From positions 2,122 through 66,121 of the forward strand of contig JAJZIP010000002.1 of the NCBI GenBank assembly GCA_021810525.1: 64,000 nucleotides of DNA, in the 5' to 3' direction. The position numbers and the translations under genes are program-made. The stretch is from Actinomycetes bacterium (GTDB taxonomy: Bacteria; Actinomycetota; Acidimicrobiia; Acidimicrobiales; Acidimicrobiaceae). Of the stretch, positions 30,642-40,914 are shown piece after piece. Below the pieces are notes generated by a model. The model searched no databases and was not told the origin of the DNA. It saw only the letters and a program-made list of their open reading frames with translations. The stretch's first letter is position 1. Each line of letters starts with the position of its first letter.

Positions 30642-31235
30642 CTACAAAAGTTCAAGGAAAAGCTTGTGAAGCCTATCCTCGCCGACCAGTTCCGGATGGA
30701 ACGAGGAAACGATCACCTTATTCTGCCGACAGATCACCGGAACCGTTTTATCCGAAGAATCTGCAAAGCTGTAGGTCACGCTCGACAAGACCTCGACCTC
30801 ACTCGATACCTTCTCGACGACCGGAGCCCTGATGAATAGAGCTCTCATTGGCCCGTCCTCTATGGTAGATACCGTAAGACTGGTCTCGAAAGAAGCCATC
30901 TGACGTCCAAATCCATTCCGCCGCACCACGATGTCGATGGCATCCAGGCTCATCTGATCCTCCCGGCCGTCCACTACCGAGTTTGCCAACAGAATCATCC
31001 CGGCGCAGGTCCCGAACGCTGGCAACCCCTCGTGCAACAGGGCCCTCAGCGGTTCATAGATCCCGGACGACTGGAGAAGCATCGAAATCGATGTTGACTC
31101 ACCGCCAGGAATAATTATTCCATCAACATCCAGATCGCCAGGAGTCTTGACCATCACAGACTGGATAGCCAACTTATCCAAAATGGCTAGGTGACTGATG
31201 AAGTCACCTTGAAGAGCAAGAACGCCTATCCTCAT
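30642..31235 (-). CDS. pdxT: pyridoxal 5'-phosphate synthase glutaminase subunit PdxT
   Basis: MRIGVLALQGDF...IIPGGESTS...GTCAGMILLA...FHPEL. Confidence 0.93.
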   Translation of the reverse strand: MRIGVLALQGDFISHLAILDKLAIQSVMVKTPGDLDVDGIIIPGGESTSISMLLQSSGIYEPLRALLHEGLPAFGTCAGMILLANSVVDGREDQMSLDAIDIVVRRNGFGRQMASFETSLTVSTIEDGPMRALFIRAPVVEKVSSEVEVLSSVTYSFADSSDKTVPVICRQNKVIVSSFHPELVGEDRLHKLFLELL

Positions 31236-31265
31236 TCCCGATTTCAGACAATCCTTCCGAACCAG

Positions 31266-32177
31266 CTACCAGCCACGCTCAGCAAGCCTGACTTCGATCT
31301 CGTCCATCTCGATTCCGACCATTGGAGCTCCGAGATTTCGCGACACTCTGAGAAGCACTGACGGCTCTTTAAAATGTGTTGTAGCTTCGACTATTGCACG
31401 AGCTCTCTTTGCGGGGTCACTGCTTTTGAAAATTCCCGAGCCTACGAACACAGCTTCGGCACCTAACTGCATGACCAGGGATGCGTCAGCCGGCGTAGCC
31501 AGACCTCCCGCACAAAAGAGTGGAACAGGCAGTTTACCCGCCTCAGCCACCTCCCGCACCAGCTCTACCGGAGCCTGCAGACTCTTTGCCCACGAATATA
31601 TCTCCGCAGAGTCGGCTTGTGTCAGTTTGCGAATGTCCCCAATTATAGATCGCAGGTGCCGAACGGCCTCGACAACATTTCCGGTGCCGGCCTCTCCCTT
31701 GGAACGGATCAGAGCAGCACCCTCGGAAATCCTCCTTAAGGCCTCGCCGAGGTTAGTAGCTCCGCAAACAAAGGGCACGATAAACTTCCACTTGTCAACA
31801 TGATGAGCCTCATCGGCCGGTGTGAGCACCTCAGACTCGTCGATGTAGTCAACTTGCAGCTCTTGAAGAATCTGAGCCTCTGCAAAATGTCCAATGCGGG
31901 CCTTCGCCATCACTGGGATCGTAACCGTCCTCTGAATCTCCTCAATAAGGAATGGATCGCTCATGCGTGCAACGCCACCCTCTCGGCGGATGTCAGCGGG
32001 AACCCTCTCCAGTGCCATCACAGCCACAGCGCCTGCGTCCTCAGCTATCTTGGCCTGTTCCGCGTTGACAACATCCATTATGACGCCGCCTCGCAACATT
32101 TCGGCAAGTCCCCGCTTAACCGATGACCCACCAGTCACATTTGCTGATAATTCAGTGTGGTCCAAAATATCCTCCAA
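31266..32177 (-). CDS. pdxS: pyridoxal 5'-phosphate synthase lyase subunit PdxS
   Basis: [41 protein letters not shown] and [10 protein letters not shown]. Confidence 0.97.
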   Translation of the reverse strand: MEDILDHTELSANVTGGSSVKRGLAEMLRGGVIMDVVNAEQAKIAEDAGAVAVMALERVPADIRREGGVARMSDPFLIEEIQRTVTIPVMAKARIGHFAEAQILQELQVDYIDESEVLTPADEAHHVDKWKFIVPFVCGATNLGEALRRISEGAALIRSKGEAGTGNVVEAVRHLRSIIGDIRKLTQADSAEIYSWAKSLQAPVELVREVAEAGKLPVPLFCAGGLATPADASLVMQLGAEAVFVGSGIFKSSDPAKRARAIVEATTHFKEPSVLLRVSRNLGAPMVGIEMDEIEVRLAERGW

Positions 32178-32224
32178 AGTCTAAATTCTAATTCGCAATA
32201 ACTCCCATCAGCGCAGAGATGCGA

Positions 32225-33274
32225 CTAGGAACCTGAGGTTTGCGTACCGATCGGTGCAAACTCGACCCAAGTCCTTCCTGGTGCAAGCTTGATGGGCTGG
32301 CCCGACGAATCTGTGAACGTCGTAACCGCATGCTCGGACGCCTTTGACCAGGTCCCCGCGGCCTCTTCGCCGCCAGAGAGGAAGATTGCATTACCGCTGC
32401 CGACTGAGTGGGCCTGCGGTACAGGGTTACCAGCAGGATCGATGAACCCTGTATTCGTGTAGTTGACAAACTCTATGATCACGTTCGTAGCACTCTCAGG
32501 CGATCCCTGTGGATTTTTCTGCAACACCCCGTTTGTGCTCCTCGTCCAAAAACCTCCACTTGAGTTCCAGCTCCATAGGTCGTTAGCATTTCCGGAGATA
32601 TCGACCCTGAAGCTGCTAATAGGCTGGACTCCTGAAGCCGCGAATGGAGTGCCGGCCTTTCGGAACTCGAACAGCTTCGGAGGAAGCTTTGCGCTCAAAC
32701 CAGCTTTTTTCGCATCTGCGTAGAGAGTTGTAGTCGAGGTGTAAAGGTTGTGAGGCGCTGGGCGGCTAGACAGACGATAGTAGGCACCTCCAAGGACGTA
32801 TACCCCTACATCTGTGATTCCGGAGTTGCGAATGTCTGTAACAAAAGCCGGGATTCCCCCCGAGTAGGCAAAAAATCCCGCCAGTGGCGAGGCAATGTCT
32901 GCATCGGAGGCCCTAACCGACCTGATGGGACCCAGGACCGATGCATCCTGGGACTGGAAGACCGCCATGTATCGGGTATAACCACCTTCGACCATCTCTT
33001 CGTAGATTACATCCGCATGTGTCAGACCTGACTGCGGCCATGCCTGAGGCGCGTTATCTATCTTGGCCATTATCACAGGCCTGCGGGCGTCAGCTGGGTT
33101 GCCAAAAGGCAGTCCGGTTAGGGGAGAGACGTCCTTCGCGATGGTCGTGGAAGTCGTTGAAGGCAGGCTGGCCTGGCTGGTTACTGTGGTAGTAGGTGCG
33201 CTAGCAGAGCCCGCGCCACATGAGGCTCCTATGATACCCATGACTGCCAACGCTAGATACCGTCGATTACTCAT
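32225..33274 (-). CDS. DUF3048-type lipoprotein
   Basis: Lipobox LALAVMGIIGASCG. RRPVIMAKIDNAPQAWPQSGLTHADVIYEEMVEGGYTRYMAVF matches the DUF3048 (YerB-like) core as I remember it. Confidence 0.75.
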   Translation of the reverse strand: MSNRRYLALAVMGIIGASCGAGSASAPTTTVTSQASLPSTTSTTIAKDVSPLTGLPFGNPADARRPVIMAKIDNAPQAWPQSGLTHADVIYEEMVEGGYTRYMAVFQSQDASVLGPIRSVRASDADIASPLAGFFAYSGGIPAFVTDIRNSGITDVGVYVLGGAYYRLSSRPAPHNLYTSTTTLYADAKKAGLSAKLPPKLFEFRKAGTPFAASGVQPISSFRVDISGNANDLWSWNSSGGFWTRSTNGVLQKNPQGSPESATNVIIEFVNYTNTGFIDPAGNPVPQAHSVGSGNAIFLSGGEEAAGTWSKASEHAVTTFTDSSGQPIKLAPGRTWVEFAPIGTQTSGS

Positions 33275-33312
33275 TCTTTAAAAGCTCCTAGTGTGTCCAT
33301 CTCGACTGAGAT

Positions 33313-34134
33313 TCAATAAGACGCGAGTTCTTTGAGCCGAGCACTCATGTCAGCGTCCACGAGCTCTGGGTGAACCCAATATGGTCCCAACACCCTTCTC
33401 CTAAGACTCGAATTAGTTGCCCGCATGTTGGGATCCTGCTCCATCTTCCTCAAAACAGAGATGAACGCGGGCGGATACCTGGTGAAGTAGACGCCCCCCA
33501 GATCACCGGCAATCAATTTAGCGGTAAGAGCTGAGGTCTGCCTTCTCGGAACAATAAAGGGGGAGAGCGGCGACAACAACCTCTGCAGCGCCCTGAGGCG
33601 CGCTTCCAAGAATATCTGACCGGATCTGGCTCTCACCAGCTCTCTAGCGATCATGGCTTCAAACTCAAGTCTGGAAAACGCCTGCAACGCTCCTGAAGTC
33701 ACAACAAGGACCGACCTCGTGTTCCCAACTGAGAAGGCCGCAATATTTATCTGCGGCTCCTTCAACTCGAGAACCCGAGGCATGTCGACACCCATTGTGA
33801 GACAGAGGCCTTCAGTGAGATTCATCAGACTCGGAGCCTTTTCCAAGTCCATCCTTTGCAGATCGAGACCCCTTGCACCATTGGCTGCCGCACGAAAACC
33901 AACCGCCAATGCGGCAATAGCTGGAATTCCAAACCCGACGATCACGCCCCAATGGAACTCATCCGACACTTTGAGAACAAGCAATGCGCGGGAGATTATA
34001 GTTGCAGCGATCGCTCCCGTAATCACAATGAAGGCTAGATAGAGGAAGGCAACCTCGACTAGAGCTTTTCGGGTATCGAACTGCTCGACATCTCCCCAGA
34101 TCTGGTTGTGAGTAGACGACCTAGGCATGGACAT
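33313..34134 (-). CDS. M48 (HtpX-like) peptidase homologue lacking the HExxH zinc site (predicted inactive)
   Basis: Two N-terminal TM helices, then ...PQINIAAFSVGNTRSVLVVTSGALQAFSRLEFEAMIARELVRARSGQ. This is co-linear with the M48 pattern pNAFA.G....v.vt.GLl..l...El.aVlAHElgHi..gD, but RELVR replaces HExxH. Confidence 0.6.
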   Translation of the reverse strand: MSMPRSSTHNQIWGDVEQFDTRKALVEVAFLYLAFIVITGAIAATIISRALLVLKVSDEFHWGVIVGFGIPAIAALAVGFRAAANGARGLDLQRMDLEKAPSLMNLTEGLCLTMGVDMPRVLELKEPQINIAAFSVGNTRSVLVVTSGALQAFSRLEFEAMIARELVRARSGQIFLEARLRALQRLLSPLSPFIVPRRQTSALTAKLIAGDLGGVYFTRYPPAFISVLRKMEQDPNMRATNSSLRRRVLGPYWVHPELVDADMSARLKELASY

Positions 34135-34150
34135 CGATTCTATGGGAAAT

Positions 34151-35224
34151 TCACGTGATCAGCGTAGTAAAGCTGTCCAAATATGTCTTTGCCAATTTCT
34201 CAATCGAGAACTCAAGCGCTCGGGTGCGTCCATTGAGACGAAGTTTCTCTCCAAGTTCGCCATTCTCGAGAGCTTGCAGCAACGCGCTTCGCAATGCCAA
34301 AGCATCCTTTGGCGCCACCAGGATGGCCTCTATGTTATCCCGAGCTACCTCCCGGTACCCCGCAATGTCTGTGGCGACGACCAGAGAGCCGGCAGCCATC
34401 CCCTCCAAAAGCACCATGCCAAAGGACTCCCCGTACAGTGAGGGGGCACAGAGAACGTCTGCCGCCTTCATTCTCGCCATTGCCTCTGCTTCGGAGACTT
34501 GCCCGAGCCAGACAATCCGCGGATCCCCGAGTGTGACAGCTCGCAAATGCGCAGTCTGCGGTCCCTCGCCGACAACCCAGCAAGTCAGATCAGAGTCCTC
34601 GATGCCCATGAAAGCGTCGATCAGAACCTCAAGTCCTTTTCGTCGTTCATGTCTACCGATGAACATGACCGTCGGACTCTGCTTGGGCCACACAGGGGCG
34701 GCTTCAAATGAATGAAGATCTACACCGTTGCCAACAACTTGGTACCGACCTCCAAAAATGCTTCTCGCAGTCAACATGGCATCCACTGAAACGGCAAAGC
34801 GTAGGCTAAGCCTGTCCCTCGACCTCGAAAGTAACCAGCCGAGACCCTTGTACGGGATAGTAACCCCATGCCGGTGAAACGTGCCGACCACCGGGACCTT
34901 GGCTGTGAAAAGCCCGACGAGAGATGGGCCGGGAGCAAATGGCTCATGTATATGGATCACTTCGTACCCGCTGCCCCGCACAATTGCTGCTGTCCTTGCG
35001 AGGGCCTGCGGCGAGATGCCAATAGGGGCACGGGATCCATTGGCCGGAACCCGGATCGAGGGACCGATACTTCGCACAGATTCTATGGACGGCGGTGTAT
35101 CACACGGAGCTATTATGTCGACCTCATGCCCTAAATTGCGCATAGCCCGAGTCAGAGCTATCACCTGTCCTTGAACACCACCAGGTATTGAAAGGCTGTA
35201 CGGGCACAGCTCCGCAATTTTCAC
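34151..35224 (-). CDS. pimA: GT4 glycosyltransferase, phosphatidylinositol alpha-mannosyltransferase PimA-like
   Basis: MKIAELCPYSLSIPGGVQGQVIALTRAMRNLGHEVDIIAP closely resembles my memory of the Mtb PimA N-terminus. An EX7E-type C-terminal region is present. It sits in the pgsA-acyltransferase-pimA order. Confidence 0.82.
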   Translation of the reverse strand: MKIAELCPYSLSIPGGVQGQVIALTRAMRNLGHEVDIIAPCDTPPSIESVRSIGPSIRVPANGSRAPIGISPQALARTAAIVRGSGYEVIHIHEPFAPGPSLVGLFTAKVPVVGTFHRHGVTIPYKGLGWLLSRSRDRLSLRFAVSVDAMLTARSIFGGRYQVVGNGVDLHSFEAAPVWPKQSPTVMFIGRHERRKGLEVLIDAFMGIEDSDLTCWVVGEGPQTAHLRAVTLGDPRIVWLGQVSEAEAMARMKAADVLCAPSLYGESFGMVLLEGMAAGSLVVATDIAGYREVARDNIEAILVAPKDALALRSALLQALENGELGEKLRLNGRTRALEFSIEKLAKTYLDSFTTLIT

Positions 35225-35227
35225 ACC

Positions 35228-36259
35228 TTAATCCGTTCCATGACGCATAACTCGACTCCTCGACTGCTTGGTAGAAGGCGAGTCACCAGTTCTGCTCTGA
35301 GACGGCCAATTGGGTTGGAAAAGGTGCCACTGAGCTGGGTCTGCCCTGATCAGGCTCTCGTAGCGTTCAGTTAAAAGTCCCGTGAGTCTCGAAACATCCT
35401 CTCTTAATGACCCTGACCTGGCAAAGGTGATCGGCTTCATTGCAACTACATAATGACACCCGCCGGGCAACATATACACTGCCGCTGGAATAATCGGAGC
35501 TCCAGTCCTAAGTGAGAGAAGGGCGACACCCTGGGGTAAAGAAGTCACCTCGCCGAAAAAAGGAAGCTTCACCCCGGAGTTTGCAATGTCTCTGTCCGCC
35601 ACCAATGCGACGACCTGATTCCTTCCCACGGTTTTAGCCAACTCGCCAAATGCTGCCGCTGATGCCGGAATCGCATGAACGCCAAATGTGACTCGATGAG
35701 CGGCAAACCAGTCAAAAAGTTCCCTAGGCTCCAGCTCTTCCATCACCGCGGTAATTGGATGTCCCCCCGAAGACAACCAGGCCGCACCAAAATCCCAGTT
35801 TCCCAGGTGCGGAGTTGTGAAGATCAGACCTTTACCATGCCCTAACGCCTCATAGACGTGTTCGAAACCGTAAAATCCCATTCGTGCGTTAAGTTCTCGG
35901 CGGGACTGTCCTCCGAGCGCAAGAGCTTCAACCCAGTACCTTGCATACGAGAAGTACCCCCGAAGCGCGAGAATGTTTCCTTTGAAGCTGCCCCTGTCCC
36001 CATTCGAAGCCCTGCGCAGGTTGTCCGCAACAAGACGCCGCTTATTGGGGGAAAAAATAAACGCGACCAGACCACCGGCGTACGCTAGTGCATTCGCATA
36101 CGAAGTTGGAAGAAGACCCAGGAACAATGAGGCGAACTCATATGCAAAGACCACCCGCTTCTTTCGATCGCAAACTCTCTGCATGTTCAACCCAGACAAC
36201 ACGCCGACCTTAGCCAAAACGTCGTCTCGCCAATAAGCCCAAGTGCAAGAGGCCGACAT
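35228..36259 (-). CDS. lysophospholipid/lipid A-type acyltransferase, PIM acyltransferase (PatA-like)
   Basis: HtrB/LpxL-family layout (TPHLGNWDF, ALVADRD). It lies between pgsA and pimA, as the Rv2611c gene does. The start is uncertain and an internal MQRV is possible. Confidence 0.72.
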   Translation of the reverse strand: MSASCTWAYWRDDVLAKVGVLSGLNMQRVCDRKKRVVFAYEFASLFLGLLPTSYANALAYAGGLVAFIFSPNKRRLVADNLRRASNGDRGSFKGNILALRGYFSYARYWVEALALGGQSRRELNARMGFYGFEHVYEALGHGKGLIFTTPHLGNWDFGAAWLSSGGHPITAVMEELEPRELFDWFAAHRVTFGVHAIPASAAAFGELAKTVGRNQVVALVADRDIANSGVKLPFFGEVTSLPQGVALLSLRTGAPIIPAAVYMLPGGCHYVVAMKPITFARSGSLREDVSRLTGLLTERYESLIRADPAQWHLFQPNWPSQSRTGDSPSTKQSRSRVMRHGTD

Positions 36260-36394
36260 CTTTCTTTCCGACGGACTCCTCGTTTAGAAATCAAGGATAG
36301 CGGCTCGTTCCTCAAAACTTCCCGAGCCACCCTTTAGTTGAGGCCGGGTATTGAAAGATGTCTCCGATGATCCGTCGAAAACACACCTGCCCAC

Positions 36395-37177
36395 TCAGTT
36401 TTTGGGATCTTCAAGGCCACGGGTGGAACGGTGCTCAAGCCATCGCGAAAACGAGGAGGAGGCAGATGGCGTGCCAGTGCGCCGACGGGGGTGGGAGGAA
36501 CGTCGCGATGATGACCTGAAAAACTCAGAGCGCTGGAATGGCCTCTTCAGAGACGTCTGGTGATCCTTCCTGTAGCGCCGAGGCACACTTGAAACAGACG
36601 CCGACGCCTGAATCCAAATCTTTATGAATCTCTGCACGACCGTGAAGACGCTCAGCACCAGCGTTATCCAAAGAATTGGCACCAGAATAAACGAAAAGAA
36701 AAGACCAGCAGCAAGAGCAAAGATCCTCTCGCCTCGCTCCATGACCCCGCCTTTTGCGCTGAATCCGAGCGATTCGGCCTTCGCCCTCTGATAGGAGATC
36801 AGAGAAGCTGCGCCATATATCCCAAATGGCAGCAGGGCTAAGCTAGCCTTACCGGAATGAATGAAGTACCAACCCAAACCGCCGAATAGAAAAAGGTCCG
36901 AGATTCTGTCTGCAAATGAATCGAAGAAGGCTCCTCGCTTTGACGCGGTGCCCTTCATCTTGGCCAAAGGGCCATCGAGCAGGTCGGGAACTGCACCGCA
37001 AACTACAAGGACAAAGCCGATCCAGAGTCTTCCAGTCCCGACAACCACTCCAGCCACGATTGATATGACAATCCCTGCGATGGTCAGAGAATCGGCTGTA
37101 AGAGGTGTCTTCGCCAATGCTGCCCCAATGGGACCAGTTCTCTTGTCCACCCCGGCTCTCAAATGACCGTCGAACAC
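36395..37177 (-). CDS. pgsA: CDP-alcohol phosphatidyltransferase (phosphatidylinositol-phosphate synthase PgsA1-like) with Arg/Ser-rich tail
   Basis: The CDP-alcohol motif DLLDGPLAKMKGTASKRGAFFDSFADRISD is present. The last 60 aa or so are a basic, low-complexity extension. Confidence 0.85.
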   Translation of the reverse strand: MFDGHLRAGVDKRTGPIGAALAKTPLTADSLTIAGIVISIVAGVVVGTGRLWIGFVLVVCGAVPDLLDGPLAKMKGTASKRGAFFDSFADRISDLFLFGGLGWYFIHSGKASLALLPFGIYGAASLISYQRAKAESLGFSAKGGVMERGERIFALAAGLFFSFILVPILWITLVLSVFTVVQRFIKIWIQASASVSSVPRRYRKDHQTSLKRPFQRSEFFRSSSRRSSHPRRRTGTPSASSSFSRWLEHRSTRGLEDPKN

Positions 37178-37258
37178 GGTGAATTACTCCTCAAATCGGG
37201 AACCTTTGCAAGTCTAGCCTGAAATTCGCCGGAAATCCCGTGTTCCTAGAAGAGCACC

Positions 37259-37786
37259 CTACTCTAAGACAGCGAAACGACTCCGTATACGCTGGTAAGT
37301 TGCCGGCAGAGCCTCTGGTATGACACGTGTGTGGGCCAATGTGGTCATGAAATTCGTGTCTCCCAACCATCGTGGCACAATGTGAAAGTGCACATGATCT
37401 CCAAAAGCAGCACCACCTGCCCGGCCCAGGTTCGCCCCAAAGTTAAAGCCCTCAGGGTCATATTCTTGTTTCAGGATCTGAATTGAATTCCTGGCAAGTT
37501 CAAGAGATTCGGTTAGGACAGAACTTTCCAAATTGGTCAGGTCACCCTCATGTGCATAAGGAACGACCATCATATGCCCTGCCGCATAAGGAAAGGCGTT
37601 GAGCACAACATAGCACTCGTGTCCCCTGTGAAGAATATAGTTTTGCCCGTCGAACTCTTCTCCTTCTGACTTGCCCAGATCGCAGAGAATACAGCTCGAA
37701 GGCGCTCGCAGATGGTCGGACTCCCCATCCTTTTGCAGGAAGTTCATCCTCCATCCTGCCCAGAGATTATCAATCAAAGCTCTCAC
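37259..37786 (-). CDS. HIT family protein (Ap4A phosphorylase-like)
   Basis: Histidine triad HVHFHIVPRW. It sits between thrS and pgsA and overlaps the end of thrS by 17 nt. Confidence 0.85.
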   Translation of the reverse strand: MRALIDNLWAGWRMNFLQKDGESDHLRAPSSCILCDLGKSEGEEFDGQNYILHRGHECYVVLNAFPYAAGHMMVVPYAHEGDLTNLESSVLTESLELARNSIQILKQEYDPEGFNFGANLGRAGGAAFGDHVHFHIVPRWLGDTNFMTTLAHTRVIPEALPATYQRIRSRFAVLE

Positions 37787-39755
37787 CCAGCGGCTTACCG
37801 GCCAGATCAGGCGAGATCCGCGCGATGAATTCGCTCAACTGGACGCCCCTTTCCGGACTCTGTGATCCTCTCGCATTGACACCGACGGTACCCTCTGATA
37901 CATCCGAGTCACCGACCACAACTACAAATGGAACCTTGTCCAGCTTGGCCTTTCTAATTCGACTGCCAAGGGGTTCGTCTGCGGAGAGCATTTCGACCCT
38001 TGCGCCAAGCTTCTCAAGCTCATTGACCACCTGGCAAGCATAATCGTCGTGATCGTCCCGTACAGGAAGAACACTGACCTGAATAGGAGACAGCCAGACC
38101 GGAAGCCCTCCCGCATAGTGTTCCAACAGGATTGCAAAGAATCGTTCAACGGATCCAAACAATGCACGATGAATCATGTAGGGCCGTTTCCTGGTGTTGT
38201 CGGAGTCGACAAACTCCATGCCGAACCTTTGCGGCTCCTGCAGATCCACCTGCAGCGTAGAGACCTGCCACCTGCGCCCGATAGCGTCCTTCAGGTGCAC
38301 GTCAATCTTTGGGGCATAGAAAGCGCCCTCTCCATGAGCAACCGTATAGTTAATGCCCGACTCCTTGAGGGCATGATCCAAAGCTGCGGTAGCCTCTTCC
38401 CACTCATAATCCTCTCCGACAGACTTCTCAGGCCTTGTGGAGAGTTCTGCTTCAAAGTCAGACAGCCCAAACGCCATCAACATCGCGATCACGAATTTCA
38501 ACAATCTGGTCAGCTCGTGAGGAAGCTGGTCAGGTGCACAGAAGATGTGGGAGTCGTCCTGGGTAAGTCCTCGTACCCTGGCGAGCCCGTGAAGAACTCC
38601 TGACCTTTCGAAGCGATAGACAGTTCCAAACTCGAAGAGCCTGAGCGGAAGCTCTTTGTAAGACCGTCCTCTCGATTTATATATCAGGATATGCATCGGA
38701 CAGTTCATGGGTTTTAAATAGTAAGTTGCACCCTCCATCTCCATAGGAGGGTACATTCCCGCTTTGTACCAGCCAAGATGACCCGATATCTCAAACAGAG
38801 TCGACTTGGCGAGGTGGGGAGTCCATACCTGCTGATATCCCGCCTTACGATGCTCTGTCTTGGAGAAGTCCTCCATCAGCTGACGAATAAGTGCACCCTT
38901 GGGATGGAATACAGGCAGGCCACCTCCGATTTCAGGCGGGAAGTGGAATAGATCGAGTTCAAGACCGAGCTTTCGGTGGTCCCTCTTCTCGGCTTCATCG
39001 AGTTGCAACAAGTGCTCCTTCAGCGCCTTGTCAGACTCCCAAGCCGTTCCATAGATACGCTGAAGCTGCGGCCTGTTTTCATCTCCGCGCCAGTACGCCC
39101 CAGCCACTCTCATCAGCTTGAAGGAGCCAAGGACCTTGGTGCTCGGGACGTGGGGTCCCCGGCAGAGATCTATGAATCCCGAGGAGTTGCGATACACCGA
39201 GATCTCGCCCTCTTCCACCCCCTCGTTCAGCTCTTCCTCCTGAGGTTCGCTCATCTGGCCGGCAACGGTTTCAATGATCTCGCGCTTGAAAGGCTGGTCC
39301 CGAAAGAGTCTCAAACCATCAGAGATGGAGTACTCGGAGCGCACAAAAGTTTGATCCTCGGCGATGATCTCCCTCATGCGGCTCTCGATCCGCTCCAGGT
39401 CTTCGTCAGAGAAGTGGCGGCCTCCTGGAAGCTCGAAATCATAGTAGAAACCGTCAGAAATAGGTGGTCCAATAGCGAAGTGCGTACCCGGCCAAAGATC
39501 AACCACCGCTTGAGCCAGGACATGGGCGGTCGAGTGGCGAAGGATCTCACGTCCCTGATCACTATCGCGGGTAACGATCTCCACTCGGTCTCCATCGGAG
39601 AGAACGGTGTTCAGATCGCGGAGCGTTCCATTGATCTTCGCGGCAACGGAATCCTGGCTGAGTCTTCTGCCGATGAGTGCGGCCAACTCGGAAGCGGTGC
39701 AATCGGAAGGTACAGTGCGCTGGGTGCCGTCCGCAAGCACAACCGAAATCTCCAT
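37770..39755 (-). CDS. thrS: threonine--tRNA ligase
   Basis: 661 aa. TGS domain, editing-domain HSTAHVLAQA, and class II core (NCPMHILIY, FGTVYRFERSGVLHGLARVRGLTQDD). Confidence 0.97.
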   Translation of the reverse strand: MEISVVLADGTQRTVPSDCTASELAALIGRRLSQDSVAAKINGTLRDLNTVLSDGDRVEIVTRDSDQGREILRHSTAHVLAQAVVDLWPGTHFAIGPPISDGFYYDFELPGGRHFSDEDLERIESRMREIIAEDQTFVRSEYSISDGLRLFRDQPFKREIIETVAGQMSEPQEEELNEGVEEGEISVYRNSSGFIDLCRGPHVPSTKVLGSFKLMRVAGAYWRGDENRPQLQRIYGTAWESDKALKEHLLQLDEAEKRDHRKLGLELDLFHFPPEIGGGLPVFHPKGALIRQLMEDFSKTEHRKAGYQQVWTPHLAKSTLFEISGHLGWYKAGMYPPMEMEGATYYLKPMNCPMHILIYKSRGRSYKELPLRLFEFGTVYRFERSGVLHGLARVRGLTQDDSHIFCAPDQLPHELTRLLKFVIAMLMAFGLSDFEAELSTRPEKSVGEDYEWEEATAALDHALKESGINYTVAHGEGAFYAPKIDVHLKDAIGRRWQVSTLQVDLQEPQRFGMEFVDSDNTRKRPYMIHRALFGSVERFFAILLEHYAGGLPVWLSPIQVSVLPVRDDHDDYACQVVNELEKLGARVEMLSADEPLGSRIRKAKLDKVPFVVVVGDSDVSEGTVGVNARGSQSPERGVQLSEFIARISPDLAGKPLGESFD

Positions 39756-39791
39756 TCAACGCCTTTCTGATTTCTACAAGCCTTCTAAAGG

Positions 39792-40907
39792 TTAGATATT
39801 TACGCCCAGCAGTGCGGCTGCTTCCGAAATCCCATGGTTACGAGATACTGCGTCATCAATTTCTGCGATCGCAGCAGGAACGTTCAGGTCGTCGTCGAGC
39901 GCCGCCCGCACCTCCTGAACGGCCGCGCTTCCCCGCCCAGCTTCCAACCACCTTTTGATTCTCTGGTCGGCAACCTCTATCATCTGATCGTTCCACTCCC
40001 ACGCAGTGCGGTAGTGATTATTCAAAATCGACAGGCGAACGGCCCTGGCATCATGGTCAGCCAGCAAATGCTCCACGAAAACGAGATTTCCTAGAGACTT
40101 TGACATCTTCTCGCCATCAAGGTAGACCATCGCAACATGGAACCAGTGTTTCACAAAGGGCTGTCCGGTAGCGGACTCGGACTGGGCCGCCTCGCACTCG
40201 TGATGAGGAAAAATCAGGTCACTCCCTCCGCCGTGCAGATCAATGGTCGGACCCAGCTCTCGCATGGAAAGAGCAGAGCATTCGATATGCCAGCCGGGGC
40301 GCCCGGACCCCCACATCGAGTCCCACGCAGGCTCGTCCGGTTCTGAAGGTTGCCAGAGAACGAAATCCAACGGATCCCTCTTGTTGGGGTCATCTGGATT
40401 TCCGCCTCTATCGCGAGCATAGCGAAGCATCGTTTCGCGGTCCAGGTGCGAGATTTGCCCAAACTTGTCGTACGTTGCAACATCGAAGTACACCGAACCG
40501 CCACTTTGATATGCGTGACCAGACTCCAAAAGGGTGCTGATCAAACTAAGTATCTCAGGTATGGCTGAAGTGGCTCGCGGCTCTGAGTGGGGACGCAAAA
40601 GACCCAACATTGCCATGTCGTGATCGAACCTAGTCATTTCCGATGCCGCAAGATCCAAATAGTGGACTCCGAGCTGTCTCGCCTTAGCCAGGATTGAATC
40701 ATCCACGTCAGTGATATTTCTGACACACGTGGTCGTATGCCCCATGTCACGCAACCTTCGCTGAAGCACGTCGAAGGTCAGATATACTGCCGCGTGCCCC
40801 ATATGTGCAGCGTCGTAAGGTGTTATACCGCAGGTATATATTGAAACGTCTCGACCTGGAGAGAAATCGACCACCTGTTGGCGAGCAGTATCGTATAAAC
40901 GCATCAT
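39792..40907 (-). CDS. mshC: cysteine:1D-myo-inosityl 2-amino-2-deoxy-alpha-D-glucopyranoside ligase (mycothiol ligase, CysRS paralogue)
   Basis: CysRS-like catalytic core (CGITPYDAAHMGHA, GRPGWHIECSA, GGGSDLIFPHHE, KMSKS) in only 371 aa, with no anticodon-binding domain. The C-terminus ...DDDLNVPAAIAEID...LLGVNI is typical of MshC. Confidence 0.82.
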   Translation of the reverse strand: MMRLYDTARQQVVDFSPGRDVSIYTCGITPYDAAHMGHAAVYLTFDVLQRRLRDMGHTTTCVRNITDVDDSILAKARQLGVHYLDLAASEMTRFDHDMAMLGLLRPHSEPRATSAIPEILSLISTLLESGHAYQSGGSVYFDVATYDKFGQISHLDRETMLRYARDRGGNPDDPNKRDPLDFVLWQPSEPDEPAWDSMWGSGRPGWHIECSALSMRELGPTIDLHGGGSDLIFPHHECEAAQSESATGQPFVKHWFHVAMVYLDGEKMSKSLGNLVFVEHLLADHDARAVRLSILNNHYRTAWEWNDQMIEVADQRIKRWLEAGRGSAAVQEVRAALDDDLNVPAAIAEIDDAVSRNHGISEAAALLGVNI

Positions 40908-40914
40908 CTCAACC

